Positions 31,830 to 44,200 are shown, numbered from the stretch's first letter. The stretch is DNA of 64,000 bases from Stramenopiles sp. TOSAG23-3 (GCA_900128585.1 LT642148.1:1-64000), one strand, 5' to 3'. Numbers and translations: made by a program. The notes: generated from the letters alone by a model not told the origin.

Positions 31830-34800
31830 TTATCTAGACCCCCCCCCCCTTCCCACACTTGGTAACGCGCTATTGCCCTGACTTGGAGCAGAGCGAGGAG
31901 CTCTTTTCTCCAACCGTTGAAGGTTTGAGCTATCTTGCCTTGCCAACTTTCTAATTTTCGATGCTGATGTATGGGACATCACGGGCGATTCATTTCCCTG
32001 CGTTTGTTCCGAGCAGGGAGCACCATGGATGTTTTCTTCCTCTTGTGGGCGCCACCCTCTTTTGCGCAAGGCATCCGTGACATCATTTCGCCGGGCGGTT
32101 TCTTTGCCCTGTTTCCGAGCACTTTTGCCTCCATTGAGCTGCTTCTCTTTAAGGGGGTTGAAATTAGCATGTGCTTTAGTGCTTAAATTTTTTGTTCTCT
32201 TGACCCCCATATGCTCCGAACTGGCATTATTTTGCTTATCTGCAGCCTGTCGAGATCGTTTGTTGGTTCTATTTTTTCTCTTGTGAGCTCCACGCTTTTC
32301 ACCAGAGCCCGTCAGTGTTTGAAGGGCATGGGTTAGGCTTTGGACTGACTCGGCAAGGTCTTGGTTCCTCCGTCGCAATTGCTCAATTTCCTGTATTGTA
32401 GAGGTATGGTGTTGATATGCCTGTCGCTCCGTTTCTTTTCGTTTTTCTTCTTCCTTTCTCAGGGCCTCCGTCATTTCCTTTTCTTTTGAAGTTACTTGCG
32501 CTTTTGCACCCTCCTGCATTCTTGCAATTTCCTGTTTCTTCCATTCTTCTTCAGCTCTAAGTGAATGCATTTGGCGCCGCAGTTCATCTGCTTCCCTACT
32601 GCTTGCCCTGAGATTCAATCTCATCTTTTCTAGTTCTTTGCACGAGTCAATCTTTTCCTTTCTCATTAAGGCTAATTTTTCTTCTAAACGCTGAGAATCA
32701 TCGTTTCTTTCTTGCCTACAGCGATTTAATTGACCTTCTAAAGTCACCAGCTCTTCTCGTGCTTCAACTTCTTTTCTCTGTGTTTTTGAAACTGCCATTC
32801 GCTCTTTTTCAATTTCCAATTTCAAGGATTCTAGCTGTCGGCGCATTTCTGCGGAGTGCTGTTCTTCATTTTTTAGGTCTTCCTGCGATTTGCTTAACAA
32901 GTCTGACATGTCATCCATATCGCTCTGTAATCTAGATTCTTCGCTAGCCTGTGCGCCTAAAATGGAGTCCATTTGTTTTCTCATATCGGCTTTGCTTTTG
33001 TCAAATTCTGCATATAAGCTTTCGTTGCGCTGTCTTTGCTCGCTTGCTAATCGCTCTCCTTCTTCTGCCCGACGCCTCATGGCAACTAAATCCTGCCTTG
33101 CGTTATCAATGTCTACCTGAAACTGCTGTTGTAACCGCTGCTGTTTCGATCTTTCTCTCTCTACTTCCGATGTCAATCGCCGACGGGCATCAGTCTCCGC
33201 GGCCAGTTGGGCCTGTATCGCTGTTCTCTGTACTTCCATTTCATCTAAATCATCTTGTAAAATTTGTACTTTTTGTTCCAGTACATCGTTACTTTCCACC
33301 GCCTTTTTTATTTGAGTCTGGGCTTGGTCGCGCTGGTCTGTTATGTTGCTTAGCTCACCTCTCAGCGCGCGTTCTCTCGATTCGGTATTATCCTGGTTTT
33401 GTTTAATATCGACTAGAAGTTTTCTGTTCTCCGTGTTACAATCTTTTAATTCTGCTCGCTTTAGAGCAATTTGATTCAATATCTCATCGTTTTCTACTTT
33501 CTTTGCTTTTAATAAAGTTTCCATGGAGGAGTACTTCTCATTGAACGTAATCGTGTTATTCGCATGCTCCTTTGTGACTTTTTTCATAAGATTTTTAATG
33601 TCTTGTAACTCATCTTTCGTATCTCTCAGAACTCTCCTTGAGTTCTCTAGATCGGTTTCTAATGACTGGGTCTTCTGTTTACACTCATCGTAGCTGGTCT
33701 GCGCTGCTTGGAGGGCTTTTGTAAGCCTTTCTTCGTTCAAAACCTTTTCCTTTATGCGGCCCTCTAGTTTTTCCTGCAGATCACCCACCTCTTGCTGCAC
33801 ACTATCAAATTCATTTTCTTTTTCTTTGAGTTCTACAAGCATATCACGTTTTTCTCCTTCCATCTTCGCAACTAAACGATGCATTCGCGCCTTTTCAGAG
33901 TCCGAATTTTTTATTTGGGTGTGTAATTCACTTATGGTTTGTGACATTTTGTTATGTTCGTTTTTTGCAGTTGCCACGTCGCCCCTGAGACCCGAAAGTA
34001 CATTTTCGCCCTCTTCAAGTGCTGATTTTGTTATGTTCATTTCTTCCAAGTATTCATTTCTTTCGTGGCTGCAAACGGACAATTGCTTGCTTAGATGTTT
34101 ATTTTTTAACAGCAGAGTGCTCATGTTGGTTTCAAAAGATTTGGTATCTTCTTCGATTTTTTTCAATAGCCTTCCATTTTCATTCCTGAAGGTGTCCAAA
34201 GACACAGTATTCTCTAATAAAGCCTCTTTGGTTTGCATAAAACTGGCTTCCAAGATTTTCATCTCTTCGAGCATGCCATCGTGCCGGCCTTTCATTTCTT
34301 CTATTTTTTCAACACTGGCGTCGCGCTCGGCCTCTGACGCATGGCAGCGTGATTCAAAGGCTGCCTTTTCCGCGCGAAGCATATCCACTGACTTATCCAA
34401 ATGGTTTGCCTGTTCATTGCTAGCTTGTAAAAGGCCCTGTAATTCTTTCACCTCTGCTTTCAACGATTCATTCCGTTTCTTCGTCGATGAAAATACTGTT
34501 GCTTGTTCCACAATCTTTTTGCGCATGGCATTGTTTGAAGCAACCTTTTCATTCAATTCGTTGATTATCGTTTTGGCTGAAGCAAGGTCTACTGATGCAA
34601 TTTGTAACTTTTCATTTAATTCCTTGTTTCGAGTTTGACCTTCGTTGTGGGATTTCTCTGCAGCTTTAGTGAGTTTTTCCAGCTGGGCATTTGTTGAATT
34701 TAAACGGAAGACACTGTCTTTTAAGCTTTTTTTGGTTTCATCGAGCTCATTTTTGTAAACTACGCTGGTGTTTGTCTGCTTTTCTAGTTTCCTTCTGCAA

Positions 34801-35552
34801 TTGTCCAAGTCCGCTTCAAGCTTATGGTTGTCGGCGTTGGATGCGGATGCTTCTGCAGAGCTTTTCTCCAGACGCACACTAATATCCTTCAATTTTTCAG
34901 TCAAATTCCACAAGTGAGTTGACACATTGACTTTTTCCGTTTTTAATGATTCGTTTTGTTCCACCATATCATCCAGCTGAATAGAGACAGTTTTAAATTT
35001 TTCAACAATAGCAAATTTTGTCTGCTGCTCGTCTTTTAACTGAGAACATAGGCGTTCAAAGGCCTCCGCCTTTTGTCGGGAAACGCTACTTGCTGCTTGC
35101 AATTCTCCCTCCATTTTCCTAACCTTTTCTTCTGTTTCCCATTTTTTTTCTTTGCATAAGCGCTTTTGGTCACTGAGCTCACTTTCAACAGATGATAAAT
35201 CTCTTGACAACTTCACCAACTCTTTCTGTAACTTTTCGTTCGTATCCAACACTGATTGGACTTGTTGGGCCGCGTCTGTTTCTATTTGAAGGACTTTGTC
35301 TTCATACCCACTTATCTCTCCTCTTAATCGTTCGTTTTCAGACTGTACAATTCCCATCTCTTTCAATTTGTGTTTAAGTTGTTCAACAGGCTCGTCATCC
35401 ATCATCGAGTGAAGTTGTCCGATCAGCAAACCAAGTTCTTTTTTTCGTTGCCCTTGAACCTCCAGCCTTTTTACCAACTCATCATTCTCAGTGGCACTCG
35501 AGGTGGAGGACCTAGAAACAGGCCTTGACATGTTTTGCTGTGGTTCTTCCAT
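31830..35552 (-). CDS. 1240-aa coiled-coil protein with basic disordered tail
   Basis: Long ORF, heptad-rich for ~1080 aa. Confidence 0.85.
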   Translation of the reverse strand: MEEPQQNMSRPVSRSSTSSATENDELVKRLEVQGQRKKELGLLIGQLHSMMDDEPVEQLKHKLKEMGIVQSENERLRGEISGYEDKVLQIETDAAQQVQSVLDTNEKLQKELVKLSRDLSSVESELSDQKRLCKEKKWETEEKVRKMEGELQAASSVSRQKAEAFERLCSQLKDEQQTKFAIVEKFKTVSIQLDDMVEQNESLKTEKVNVSTHLWNLTEKLKDISVRLEKSSAEASASNADNHKLEADLDNCRRKLEKQTNTSVVYKNELDETKKSLKDSVFRLNSTNAQLEKLTKAAEKSHNEGQTRNKELNEKLQIASVDLASAKTIINELNEKVASNNAMRKKIVEQATVFSSTKKRNESLKAEVKELQGLLQASNEQANHLDKSVDMLRAEKAAFESRCHASEAERDASVEKIEEMKGRHDGMLEEMKILEASFMQTKEALLENTVSLDTFRNENGRLLKKIEEDTKSFETNMSTLLLKNKHLSKQLSVCSHERNEYLEEMNITKSALEEGENVLSGLRGDVATAKNEHNKMSQTISELHTQIKNSDSEKARMHRLVAKMEGEKRDMLVELKEKENEFDSVQQEVGDLQEKLEGRIKEKVLNEERLTKALQAAQTSYDECKQKTQSLETDLENSRRVLRDTKDELQDIKNLMKKVTKEHANNTITFNEKYSSMETLLKAKKVENDEILNQIALKRAELKDCNTENRKLLVDIKQNQDNTESRERALRGELSNITDQRDQAQTQIKKAVESNDVLEQKVQILQDDLDEMEVQRTAIQAQLAAETDARRRLTSEVERERSKQQRLQQQFQVDIDNARQDLVAMRRRAEEGERLASEQRQRNESLYAEFDKSKADMRKQMDSILGAQASEESRLQSDMDDMSDLLSKSQEDLKNEEQHSAEMRRQLESLKLEIEKERMAVSKTQRKEVEAREELVTLEGQLNRCRQERNDDSQRLEEKLALMRKEKIDSCKELEKMRLNLRASSREADELRRQMHSLRAEEEWKKQEIARMQEGAKAQVTSKEKEMTEALRKEEEKRKETERQAYQHHTSTIQEIEQLRRRNQDLAESVQSLTHALQTLTGSGEKRGAHKRKNRTNKRSRQAADKQNNASSEHMGVKRTKNLSTKAHANFNPLKEKQLNGGKSARKQGKETARRNDVTDALRKRGWRPQEEENIHGAPCSEQTQGNESPVMSHTSASKIRKLARQDSSNLQRLEKRAPRSAPSQGNSALPSVGRGGGSR

Positions 35553-36754
35553 CCCTATGTTTGGTTGGGGGATAATCGCTTATAATTCCAACACCTGTGG
35601 GTGATATGTATCTCTTTCGGGTGTCCTCTTTGGTTATTTCTCTACTTTCGTCTATACTGCATTGTCCTGGCAATTTTTCGGGTATAAAAACTGGTCATTT
35701 TATTATTATTGAATAATAATTGTTTTCGCGTCGTCGTTGTTGTCTTGTTTGTTGTAGTACCGTATGTATATAATACTGTACTAATAAGAAGAAGAAGAAG
35801 AGAAAAAGAAACTAATAATAGATAAGACCATCCATATTTTTAATAAAAAAACGAGACGATATATACAAGAAGAAATGGAGGAAGGAACTGCAACCTTGCA
35901 GCAGTACGGAACCTGGTACCAGTACGAAATTTGTAGAGTGGAGTTACTACACTGCTGCTGGGTATCCTTTTCCTCTTTGTTGTTAAGGTACATCCATTAG
36001 TTATGCCATATTGAACATATTTTGATATTATATATATATGTAATTATAAATAGATCTCAAAGTAAACATAACCTTAACTTATGAAACCGTTTCATGTACG
36101 TTGAGTCGAAGAAAAAATATTTTTTTTTCAAAAACACACATAATACGTAACTAGTAGGTAGTAAAAATTCTTCAGTATATTATTAACCCTAGCTGCTGAA
36201 ATTTCTCCTCTTCTTCTCCTGTCTTCTTTTTTCTTTCTTTCTTTTGTATCTGGCAAATTTCTACATTAGATTATATAAAAAAGAAGCAGTTTTTTTTTTT
36301 TTATGATTGAGATATGGTATATCATTAAAGATCATCAACCTCTCTTCTTTTTTTCTTTCTGCCTCCTCCCCATTTCGTTCTTTCTATTTCGTTCTTTCTT
36401 TGTTACACCAGTGCATTTACCGGTCCTGTACCGTATTCTAGTAGTTGCTCTAAGGTCTCCCTCGGTAGCACATAATACTACTATCACTATTTTGGATTAC
36501 GAAAAAAGAAATAAGTAAAAATATTATCTCTATTAATTAAATATAATAATAATAATAAAAAATATATTTCATTATAATATTATTATACTACTTATTATTA
36601 TTATATATTTATTTTTTGATATTACAGTAAGTATGCAGAAAAAATAACAAATCACGCAAAAAGCACAACAGAAACTTCTAAATGGAAACAAATTCACAAG
36701 GAGAAGATATTGATTTAAGTGTTGACTTAGCACAGTTTGCGAGTACACCAATCG

Positions 36755-38323
36755 ATGGGCTGCAAGGTGAGCACCGAGGGGCCTAAAGGCCCCAGTATTG
36801 AAAGTCCAAACTCGAACACTGCCGTTAGCGATGAAACCCACCGTTTAAAAACCGCCATTAGCGACGAGAGCTTTATCGCAAAAATAAACGATGTAATAGG
36901 GAACGACACCAGCTCCTACTCGAACCAGCTCAGCGGAATTGATGATACGTTCATCGACGAAGAAGACGAAATAGAGGTCGAGGGCACTTCGTCTAACTAC
37001 AAACTCGCAAATATTGGTCCAGGCGAAGCGCTGCCACGCAACGAATACCGCTTGGAGAGTGAAGAGAAGAAAGAACACGGCGCAAACTCTTCATCAATCC
37101 TTGACCCGAAAGTATTTTGCTGTGAATTGGATATCAGTGAAATTGGAACTGTCGAAGACCACTCTATCACAAGTCAAAGGGGCGAAAGCAATGGGAAGGA
37201 TGTGTCCAGTCAGGTTGCAAAAGTCAACGGTGAAGTTACGGAAGAGGTTTCCGCAAATAGAAAACTGCCTGAGGAGAGTGGTGGGAACCTTCCACTCGTT
37301 GAAGTACAAGATAAAGGTATAACTCGTGCTGTTGCGTCCCCTGCTTTAATACGTCACTTGCCCGCAAAACGACGACGTTGTATAAAAACTGAGGATGAAA
37401 AGCTAGAAAATAGAGAAGTGTCAGTTGTGGGTCAAGGGGAATATCCACGAAAAACGAAACGGCGAAGAATCCTTGTGATTCATAAAAACAACAAATTAGA
37501 ACCCCAGGAACCTTTCCAATATGCCATCACGAATTTAAATGTTGCTATCAACACGGCCCTTGACAATTACATGAGAAAAACACTTTCCACTATTGACGTT
37601 AACAAAGAACAAGCAAATGTAGAGCTAAACGAAGCGAATTCTTGCCCTGTTCCTCAAGCACGAAACTTTAAAACCAATGCCCCACCACCCAAAGTCAAGG
37701 TGCCGTTGAGAAAACGTTTAGAGCATAAGCAAATCATTTTTGCATCATCAAAGAAAAATACCCTGGGGAATACGAAACTATTTAACGAGTACTGCCACGC
37801 TCCGAATATAGAACGAGAGAATTTCCAGCTCTCTGCACAGATGCGGGAACAAATATATTCCGAGCCGCTTGCTCACAAAGAAAATTCAAACTCCCAGCAT
37901 GCCTTGGTGAGCGACCATGCGTCAAAATATTACCAGGGCGAACACTCCGGGGTAGCACCTGCACCCATGGCCCGTCACTATGTAGACCATACGGATAACC
38001 CACATGAAAAGTCATACCAAGCTAAACCGCTGGGGGAAAATAACGTATGTTTAATATGCCCAGCGCCCAGGTCGGTATCCCACATTAATAACAACCCACC
38101 CTCGGCCTTATCCGATCATCGCTACGATAAAAACCCAATCAAAACGCTTCATTCTGTCATGGGGGATTTGTTGGAAGAAGAAAGCGCCCAGGAAACCCGG
38201 TTGTTTAGTGCAAGGGCAAAATATATGCAGAAAAGGACAGACAGATTGAATGTTGAAGGAATGGTAGGACTGCCCCCCCAATACAATACCAGGTACCGCG
38301 CAGGGGCAGTTTTTCTGACGTGA
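36755..38323 (+). CDS. Uncharacterised, largely disordered protein (acidic N-half, NLS-like KRRR motifs)
   Basis: Long ORF with coding-like GC between AT-rich spacers; first ATG at 36755; no family recognised. Confidence 0.7.
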   Translation: MGCKVSTEGPKGPSIESPNSNTAVSDETHRLKTAISDESFIAKINDVIGNDTSSYSNQLSGIDDTFIDEEDEIEVEGTSSNYKLANIGPGEALPRNEYRLESEEKKEHGANSSSILDPKVFCCELDISEIGTVEDHSITSQRGESNGKDVSSQVAKVNGEVTEEVSANRKLPEESGGNLPLVEVQDKGITRAVASPALIRHLPAKRRRCIKTEDEKLENREVSVVGQGEYPRKTKRRRILVIHKNNKLEPQEPFQYAITNLNVAINTALDNYMRKTLSTIDVNKEQANVELNEANSCPVPQARNFKTNAPPPKVKVPLRKRLEHKQIIFASSKKNTLGNTKLFNEYCHAPNIERENFQLSAQMREQIYSEPLAHKENSNSQHALVSDHASKYYQGEHSGVAPAPMARHYVDHTDNPHEKSYQAKPLGENNVCLICPAPRSVSHINNNPPSALSDHRYDKNPIKTLHSVMGDLLEEESAQETRLFSARAKYMQKRTDRLNVEGMVGLPPQYNTRYRAGAVFLT

Positions 38324-38431
38324 TGAGGCCGATTTTGCTTGTTTCTCGGCTTCTTACAGACTCCCCCACCGATCGCTCACTAAATAATAAATATTACAGT
38401 TAAATTTACAACAATTCCAATTCAGGCCATC

Positions 38432-38750
38432 GGCTCCGTGTGGACACAGCACCATTCGCTATGCTGTGTCCATTCGCCGGATCACACCCATTAGTATTGA
38501 TAGGTTTATGTACTCAATACACTACACTATTCTGGCCTGAGTAGAGTTAACAGCCGGATCGACACAGCACAGCGAAGGATGCTGTGTCTACTTGAATGCT
38601 TAGAATCTCTACCGAATGGCTCTTCCCATTCTGTTGACAATTATTAGGTAAATTATAGAAATAGGCCCCTGCCAGGCGTCCAGAAGGGTCATTTCATTAC
38701 CAACCCTTTTATTCGTTTTGTATTCTAATAATGTGTTTTGATAGGGATAT
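38432..38750. mobile_element. Partial copy of the MULE-like element at 4396-4994
   Basis: 38584-38697 (TGTGTCTA.TTGAATGCTTAGAATCTCTACCGAATGGCTCTTCCCATTCT..TTAGGTAAATTATAGAAATAGGCCCCTGCCAGGCGTCC) matches internal parts of the element; two GACACAGCA/TGCTGTGTC hairpins. Confidence 0.85.
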
Positions 38751-39092
38751 ATATTACATAGGCATATTATTGGGTTGGTTTCCAAAATAATTTTAAAATG
38801 CGACATGAATCACTTGGATTATTTTATAAAAATATTACGAGGGTAGTTGAAATATAATACCCTATTTATAACACTAAATTGTGAATAGAAAAAAAAAAGT
38901 GGACGATGATGATGATATATCATCATCATCATGGAGCAAAAAATTGTTGTTGTAAAAAAAATAGCTCACCTGGTTTCCCTGCCGGAAAAAATTGGATGGT
39001 GGATCATCGGCTACTACTTTATATATATAGATAGTCGTCTATAACATTTTGTAACATCGATCAACAAAAGCTCAGTATTGTCGAGAAGAACA

Positions 39093-39263
39093 AGTCTACC
39101 ATTCACCATCACCAACAACAAAATAGAACAAATACTCACTCTATAAGTATGGGGCGTTCTTTTTAGGGATGTTCAACTTTCAGTCTACCTTCACCAACAA
39201 CAAAAAATAACAAATACTCGCACTATAAGCATGGGGCGTTCTTTTTAGGGATGTTCAACTTTC
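39093..39263 (+). repeat. ~82-bp tandem duplication spanning the start of the PRUNE-like gene
   Basis: AGTCTACC..CACCAACAACAAAA..ACAAATACTC..CTATAAG.ATGGGGCGTTCTTTTTAGGGATGTTCAACTTTCA occurs twice. Confidence 0.92.
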
Positions 39264-40537
39264 ATCAGTACCTAAGGCACACAAAGGTGCTCACTGCTAA
39301 TGATGACGCAGGAATTTTAATAGACGTCGTGCTTGGTGCACCTTCTGGTGATCTCGAATCTGTAGTTTCAACATTACTTTTGGCGTACTATCATGCTTCG
39401 ACTTGCTATAAATTAGTGAGGAAAGAAAGCGCACGCTATGTGTTCCCGGTGCTGCCAATGCAATCTCAAGACTTTTCAATAAATGGGGACGTCATTGACC
39501 TTCTGCGACGTTGTAAGGTAAATTTTGAAGATTTAATATTTTTCGACCAACTAGACTGGGAGAATATACAAGTCGGACGGGTTCACTTATGCAACCACAA
39601 CACATTAAGTGCAGGGACAGAATTTCTTACAAAGAAAATTTATTCAATAATTGACAACCAGACAGATGCGGGGCTATACCAGGAGATGGTCGCGAACTCA
39701 CGACGAACCATAGAGGCAACAGCAGGGTCTTGTTGTTCGCTCATCGCTGAGTTGTACATATTTCACGAAGACCTGTTTTTCTCTAGATCGAACGCGGATT
39801 CATCGGATCTTCCCGGGATGGTGCTAGCAAAACTGCTATTTTCAGCAATCGTATTTAGTACCAGTAATTTGATGAAGAAAAAAGCGTCTGTCGACATACA
39901 AATGATTGATTACTTCGAAAATAAGTTTGATCTGAATGGCAAACAGACCTTGAAAATAATGCAAGAGGCAAAGAAGAAAGTGGAATTTTGGGAAAGTTTG
40001 TCGACCTGGGACAAGCTTCGCTGCAACTACATACAAGATGGCCTCTTAGGAATTTCTTTTGTTCGTTTGCCCCTTGATGATTTTTTGAATGCGGATAATC
40101 CAAACAATGGAAACTTTGATCCTGCTGTCGGGTTTCACGAGTATGTTAAAGAAAATGGCGCATCACAAAATGTAAAACATGTCTTATACGACAGTGAGAG
40201 TTTTGTTAACCAGGCGCACGCATTTATGCAGTGGAACAAAATTCAATCTTTATTTGTGGTAAATATTGATAAAGCAGATATCAGCGAAATTTCCCAGGTA
40301 GAATTGAAATCTACACTATCTATTGCCAGCATAGACGAAAATCGTTTTGACTCGTTTTTAAAAGCGTGTAAATTAAACAACAAGGAAACCAACAAATTGC
40401 GCTGGGGTGGAGATCTTGTAGAAAATATTCACACAGGAGAAGATGATTTGATAGGAGATTTCACCATCTACATGCAATCTTTTAAAGTAGGAAGTATAGA
40501 CGCCGAATTTGCATCAATCACGGAGTTCTTCAAGTAA
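39251..40537 (+). CDS. PRUNE/PPX1-like (DHH family exopolyphosphatase) homologue with degenerate catalytic motifs
   Basis: VLG....DLESVVS, LIF.D, LCNHN, IIDNQ, GSCCSLI, LLFSAI...TSNL occur in the order of the PRUNE motifs. Confidence 0.75.
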   Translation: MFNFHQYLRHTKVLTANDDAGILIDVVLGAPSGDLESVVSTLLLAYYHASTCYKLVRKESARYVFPVLPMQSQDFSINGDVIDLLRRCKVNFEDLIFFDQLDWENIQVGRVHLCNHNTLSAGTEFLTKKIYSIIDNQTDAGLYQEMVANSRRTIEATAGSCCSLIAELYIFHEDLFFSRSNADSSDLPGMVLAKLLFSAIVFSTSNLMKKKASVDIQMIDYFENKFDLNGKQTLKIMQEAKKKVEFWESLSTWDKLRCNYIQDGLLGISFVRLPLDDFLNADNPNNGNFDPAVGFHEYVKENGASQNVKHVLYDSESFVNQAHAFMQWNKIQSLFVVNIDKADISEISQVELKSTLSIASIDENRFDSFLKACKLNNKETNKLRWGGDLVENIHTGEDDLIGDFTIYMQSFKVGSIDAEFASITEFFK

Positions 40538-40747
40538 TTAATGACGCGAGACTGACGTGTACTCACCGTCACACAAGGTAAGAAGATAATTGGGTGGGGG
40601 GGATGGTTATTGACGCACCTTGATAGTTCACTATCATACTTAAATTTCAGAGACGCCCGAAGACTTCTATTAACTAATTGTAGTAAGGAAAGAAGAACTG
40701 ACACACCGTTTTTTCTTTCCCCCTGTTTTAAAACACATTTTGACTTT

Positions 40748-41155
40748 TTTAAATTTAGAAACAAAAATTGGCTGTTATTTAAGTATGATATGATATCATA
40801 ATTATTATCTCATATGATAAAAAATTTAAATGTACTTTTTAAAAACAAGAAAATTGGCTGTTATTTAAGTAATTAAATTTAAAAAATCTAGATTTCAGTT
40901 CGCAGTACATAATATAAGTAACAGCCAATTTTCTTGTTTTTAAATACTGCGATCTTATCTCTACTGTTGTGATTTTAGTTAGGGTCTTTACAATTATAAA
41001 TACAACCTTTTCACTTATAGTCTTGACTATCATTTTAATGTGTGTACACCATGCATGACATTTTTAATTAAAAACAAAAAATTGGCTGTTATTTTAAGTG
41101 AGTTGGTTATGGGTCCTTTGACGTTGACGTAATTCAATACACTTATTCGGATCAT
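40748..41155. repeat. 3'-spacer repeat cluster between convergent genes
   Basis: Core copies at ~40758, ~40840, ~40918 (opposite orientation) and ~41068, plus body fragments. Confidence 0.9.
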
Positions 41156-41276
41156 CTAGCATAGATATTTTTTCTCGATAAAATTCTTAAGGCCCAGATC
41201 ATTATTTTGTTTTTAAATTCGTAAGGCGCCAAGTTGCCAAGTTCAGGCTAACCAATCCACCCTTTACTCGTTTAAA

Positions 41277-44200
41277 TCATAGGTGCATATCATACGAAAG
41301 TAATACATACGGGGAACTGTTCGTTTGGCTCACAGGCACAACGACACTGTCAAATTGCGTATATGTTCTCGTTCTATTGTCGCGGTGGAGATGATTGGCA
41401 TGGAGAGTCAGAGACGGGGACGAAACATGGACGCCTTCGTCCCGCAGCCGTTGCACAAACGCATTATCAGCTCCATTTTTCCCAAAATAAAAATCGATAG
41501 TCGATGTATTGAACTCAAACGGCAACGGCAAAATCCACGCATCTTGGCTATCGGTTCGAACATTGAATTGTTTTTGTGATTTTGCACCTGGATTTCCTTC
41601 GGTACACTCCCATCGCAGAAGCGCAAAACAGTATTTTCCCATCCGATGAGGCTCTTGTTTCAACAGCGCACCAAGGGACTCATCAAAGTATATGTCAGCA
41701 TTTGCAATGATCATGTACGAATAGGCACCAAATAACTTTTGGCCATGCTCTACGGCATCTTTGAACGACGATCTTTTACCAATCAAATAGTATTCTAGTT
41801 TGCTAAGTTCAGAACACTTGCCCGTGGTTCCGCAAAGTTGTGCTAAAGATTTGTTCAACACTGTTTTAACTCGTTCAGATTCTATTAACACGTGCAACCG
41901 TGATATGTACTTATTCTGTAAGTTCAATGCCAAAACTTGTATAAATTCCCACAATCGATACCCCGATGTCGGGATGTAATATTCAGCAATTAAAACAATT
42001 GGTGGGGGCAGCGAGCTTTTGCGCTGTAGTGGCAGCGTAGTCCTATCAATGTGGTTCCTGGGTCGTTCAAACAGATTGTGCAACCACGCCCAAGAAGAAT
42101 TGAGGCGTGTGTAAACAACAGATAATGCTGAAGTAACGTGTAATATCGATGGTTCATGCAATCTTGATACCATCTTGTACATTGACGATCCGGGCGGGGC
42201 ATGAGTTGCTTCGGAAATGCAAAGGAGGCCTAACGCACAGAGCTTCCCGTGGATAGTTTCGTACGAATCAGGTTCAAGTAATTCGAATTGGGAAAATGTC
42301 GTGAGGACAAACAAATAAGTTTCATGAATGTCCAAGACTTTTGAACCCAAACTAAGCGCTCTTTGCAAGCTGTTATTTATAGTACCATAAGACCATGTAT
42401 AAACCCGGAAAAGGTTTGCAATGGCCTGGTAATTAGGACTAGAACCGACTCCAGACTCATAAGCCTTTTCCAACAAAGCTGCTGCAGAGTTGTAGCGCCG
42501 CTTTTTATACTGTTCAATGGCGTGGTTTATCAAGGCGCTAGAGTCACCGGGAATCGTAATCATCGACATCCTCAGATACTTAGAAAACAATGTCGAATTA
42601 CCAACCAGCCGTGAGTGTGTCAACAAACCATTTATGAGTTGCCCAAGGGTATGAGGGGCAACCGCATCTTGGGTTTTCCTTGCAAAATTGTATACTTCCG
42701 TAAAAATTGCCAAGGCGTCATCGTAATTCCCAGATTCAAGTAAATCGTGGCCCATTTCGATATTAGTCTGCAAACGGTCGTGCAACCCAGAGGCCAAAAA
42801 CTTGTGCATTTTTGTGGCAATCTGTACTTTGAAACCATACCCAATGCCAATACCCGATTCAGCGCCGAAGATAAACGCGGATTGCAATGGCCCCAGTGCG
42901 GGGTCAAATCGGTACGGGGTTTCCAGGAGGACATTGTCTAGGCTCATTTTGTGTATTGATGAACTATTTGCACACCAGTAAGGGCGATACAATCGTTCAC
43001 TTTGGCAAAGTGTATCATCGGCCACGAAAAATTCCTTTGTTACAGATGAGAGACTATGGGGAACATTAAAGCTGTCGCAAATCCAAGCCCGAATAAAAAT
43101 GCTGCCAGACGTGGTGATGGGAAAAGTGACTTGGACGGTTTGGACATTTGATCGCATTCTTTTGAATCCGGTGCACTTCTTTTTTGACTGTTCAACACCA
43201 CTTTGTGCGCACACTGTCCATTCAGTGTCGCCATCGCCTCCTCGCCACGGGGCAATTCTTATTCTTACTACCAGTTTTGAATGGCTGGAAAATATTGGAC
43301 CAGATGGTGCGAAGGTGAGCTTCGTAGGCAATTTTGTCAGATGACTACTCCACCAATGAAAGCCAAACGTTTGGTTCATGCTTCCATCCTTACTACATAT
43401 GGGGCAGTTGTTTTCAGCAGGGTTACTGCTGCAGAACGGTGAATCGGACCCAGGCTTTGTCAACGATTGAAAGTGGTGTATGCACTTTAAGATTTTTGTC
43501 TGCATTGAAAAATGAAGACTGTTAAAATAATGCTGAGGGTAGATTTTCATGTCTGGGTGAAAGTGCCGTACTGCAAAAGTCAAGAGTTTCGGGCCAGTCA
43601 GCTCCCACGTTTCCCGGCCATTATGCAATTTGGTCCAGGCTGGCAAATCTCGAAGCAGTCGTTGGAAAAATGGTAACCTTGGCAATGCAGCTAACACAGC
43701 ATTGTTCACCACATCCGGCGATTCTAAGATAGCAAACGAAGAGACATTTTTTACAATAGGCTTGATCTTGCGTAACGGTGTAATGTCTACATCAATGTAC
43801 ACACCGCCGTACCGCCGCAACAGTTCCAGCCGTACTATATCCGATCTAGCTCGCGGATCGGTGAGCCGCTGAAACAATTTATAGTTTTCTAAAGGGACCC
43901 CTTCGATTATATCGGCATCAGCCCAAATCTCAATCTGATGAAAGGGATGAATTCTAGACCAAGATTCGATGTTAGATTTCGCATACAGGGGAAGGGGCTG
44001 AACACCAAGCCAAACAAAGTGGAACACCTGAGGAATTTGAAAACCCGACGAATATTTTGAAGACGAATCTTGGTAAACTCCCTGGCCCCAAACTTCCCAC
44101 CCAGACAAAAACCTGAGGTCTTCATCGTATTTTAATTTTCGGCGGTGTAATGTCATCTTCAAGTCTTCCAGGCTGATGTCTAGACTGGATGCTTCGTATT

